DNA of 64,000 nt, from NCBI RefSeq assembly GCF_018350175.1, contig NC_058368.1:82090001-82154000 (forward strand), written 5' to 3'. The position numbers were made by a program, and so were the translations under genes. Below are positions 62,141 to 64,000 of the stretch, piece after piece (position 1 is the stretch's first letter; every line of letters starts with the position of its first letter). The notes under the pieces were generated by a model. That model did not search any database. It saw only the letters and a list, made by a program, of their open reading frames with translations, and had not been told where the DNA came from. Source of the stretch: Felis catus (lineage: Eukaryota).

Positions 62141-64000
62141 CCATTCAGTCTTTCTGTGGTGGGAGGTGCTGAGGACAGAGTCTAGCTGGTTATCCTTCCC
62201 TCTGAGCCTGTCCGACAGGTTTCTGGCTGGGCTGCCTGGGGTGCGGAGAGGGAGCCTCTCTGCCTGGGGAAGGAAATGGGGATCAAACGTGCTCAGAGGC
62301 CCCGTGGGCAGCCGTGGGGTGGGAGAAAGTGGGACAGGAAAGGCCCCCCGGAGCATGCCAGCAGGACGTGCCCTTTGCTAGAACCCCAGAAAAGGAAGCA
62401 TATTTACAGAAGCCGGTGTCTGTGCACAGCCCGCTGGGCGGGTTTCCCAGGAGCGCGTCTACACCTGGGAGTGGGTTCCCCTCCCACAGCGAGTGTGAGG
62501 ACTGGGTCGCAAGCCGAGAGGGCTGACAGAATTTGGGGCGACGGAAGAGTGCCCCTCCCCCCCTCCCCCGTCCTGGGCCGAGGGAAGGTGGCGCTGATGA
62601 GACTGTGGTCCTTCATGCAGGGGACCCGTGGCGTGAGTGTCTGTGCACCTCACACCGTGAGCCCCTCCTTACCCAGGAGGCCCAGGGATGAATGGGGCCC
62701 ACGCCATTCTCGCAGACGAGAGTGCAGGCCGAAGGATGAGGTTCCATCCAGGCAGGCAGGGAACCCATGAAGGACATGTCCGGCAGCGAGGATGAGGATT
62801 GAGGGGCCCGCTGGTCAGCACCGAAGTGCCAGGCCACCCCTGTCACCCCGAGAGCTCCTGAAGCCACAGTTTCTCAGGGAAGGCCCTGGCTGACAGACGC
62901 TGGAAGGTCCAGCCAGACCCGCCCTTGTCTAAGAGACCATAAGGAAAGCATCCTTGGTGACACAGACATGACCCCATCCTGCCAGGAGATTTGTGATAGG
63001 CGACATATTTTATTTCTGTTTTTGAAATTATTTCCAAGTGAATAAAGTTACAAACACAACAAAATACAGTTAGTGTTTTTTTTCCCAACAAACCTATTTT
63101 AGAGGTTTGTATACAAAAGAGAAAAAAGAGAACATTGAATTAAACGGCTGTGGGTTATCACACAATCACATAATTAAAAGATCATAACTCAAGTGGCAAA
63201 GGTGCTTTCATAAAAGACTAAGGAAGTGATGCTGAGTTTGTACAACCCTGACCGTTGGCATTCGTGGGTGGAGATCTGAGACACGAGAGCACTCCCGAGA
63301 TTTTTCACCAACAGATACTTCCTGTGGGAGCCCCACCGACTGGGCTCCCAGATGGATGTGTAAACACAGAAGGAGCTGTAAAATCTGAAGCAGGTCTAGG
63401 CTTCTAGCCTCTAACTGTGCAGACATGCAGACCCCACCCTGTGGGCTAACAGGCTCACACAGAGACGGTTCCTCCCACCCCCCCCCCCGCCACCGTGGGT
63501 CTCATTTACAAAGCCCAATGTCTGCTGGCTGCCAACCTTCTGCAAGGGGTGTTTCCACACGGGGTGCCTGCGGGCCTGCCTTGTGTGGAGGCAGCGGCCG
63601 TGTCCACCATGGAAGCACCTGCGTCCGTGGGGTCCTTAGACTCCACAGTCTTCACATAACATGAGCACATGCTGACCACCGAAAAGTACCCTCGGAAAAT
63701 CACCCTCAACTGCAAGCTTCCCATAGGCAGGGGACCTGCGGCCGCATTTGGTGAATGGGGAGAGGGCCAACCCCCCTGCCCCGCAGGTCACAGACTCACC
63801 CCCCACCACTTGCCAGATGTTGGGAGGACCTGGGTGTACGACCTCCTTGAAGCTGCCATCTGGAGGAGATTCTGGTCGATTCTCCCACCACTTGGGCTGA
63901 CACCACTCTGCGTTCTCCAGTGGACTTTCTGGTCTATTTAAAAATAGCACAATCCTACTCCTCGTTTTAAAAAGGGAACACTCGGTGAACATAGTATTTT

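Noticed and set aside
63636..63992. 118-aa minus-strand ORF with NRPESP twice, as a possible ADPRHL1 coding tail
   Set aside because: I do not recognise it as ADPRHL1; the duplication is a short nucleotide repeat and a BLASTX search would be needed

Overview
This is mammalian DNA from a cat-family animal, judged by abundant felid-type tRNA-derived CAN-SINEs. It has the gene order CUL4A (last 4 coding exons and 3'UTR, + strand), LAMP1 (complete, 9 exons, 413 aa, + strand) and GRTP1/TBC1D6 (complete, 8 exons, 339 aa, - strand, convergent with LAMP1). From recall this matches human 13q34. All exon boundaries were read by hand: every intron is GT-AG and the exon phases join into intact ORFs. The remainder is two CpG-island promoters, about 18 SINEs, old L1/L2/MIR/MLT1/Tigger fragments and minisatellites. 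Most ORFs in the supplied track are spurious. I find no support for a wholly new biological system. The best leads are: five CLEAR/E-boxes plus a TCTCGCGAGA palindrome in the LAMP1 promoter; a one-residue shift of the LAMP1 glycosylation sequon equivalent to human N76 (Lassa virus receptor determinant); a stop-free in-frame intron in each gene; a closely spaced inverted SINE pair; a G-rich dimeric minisatellite; and serial SINE insertions at one target. Gene and repeat names come from recalled sequences, not from database searches.
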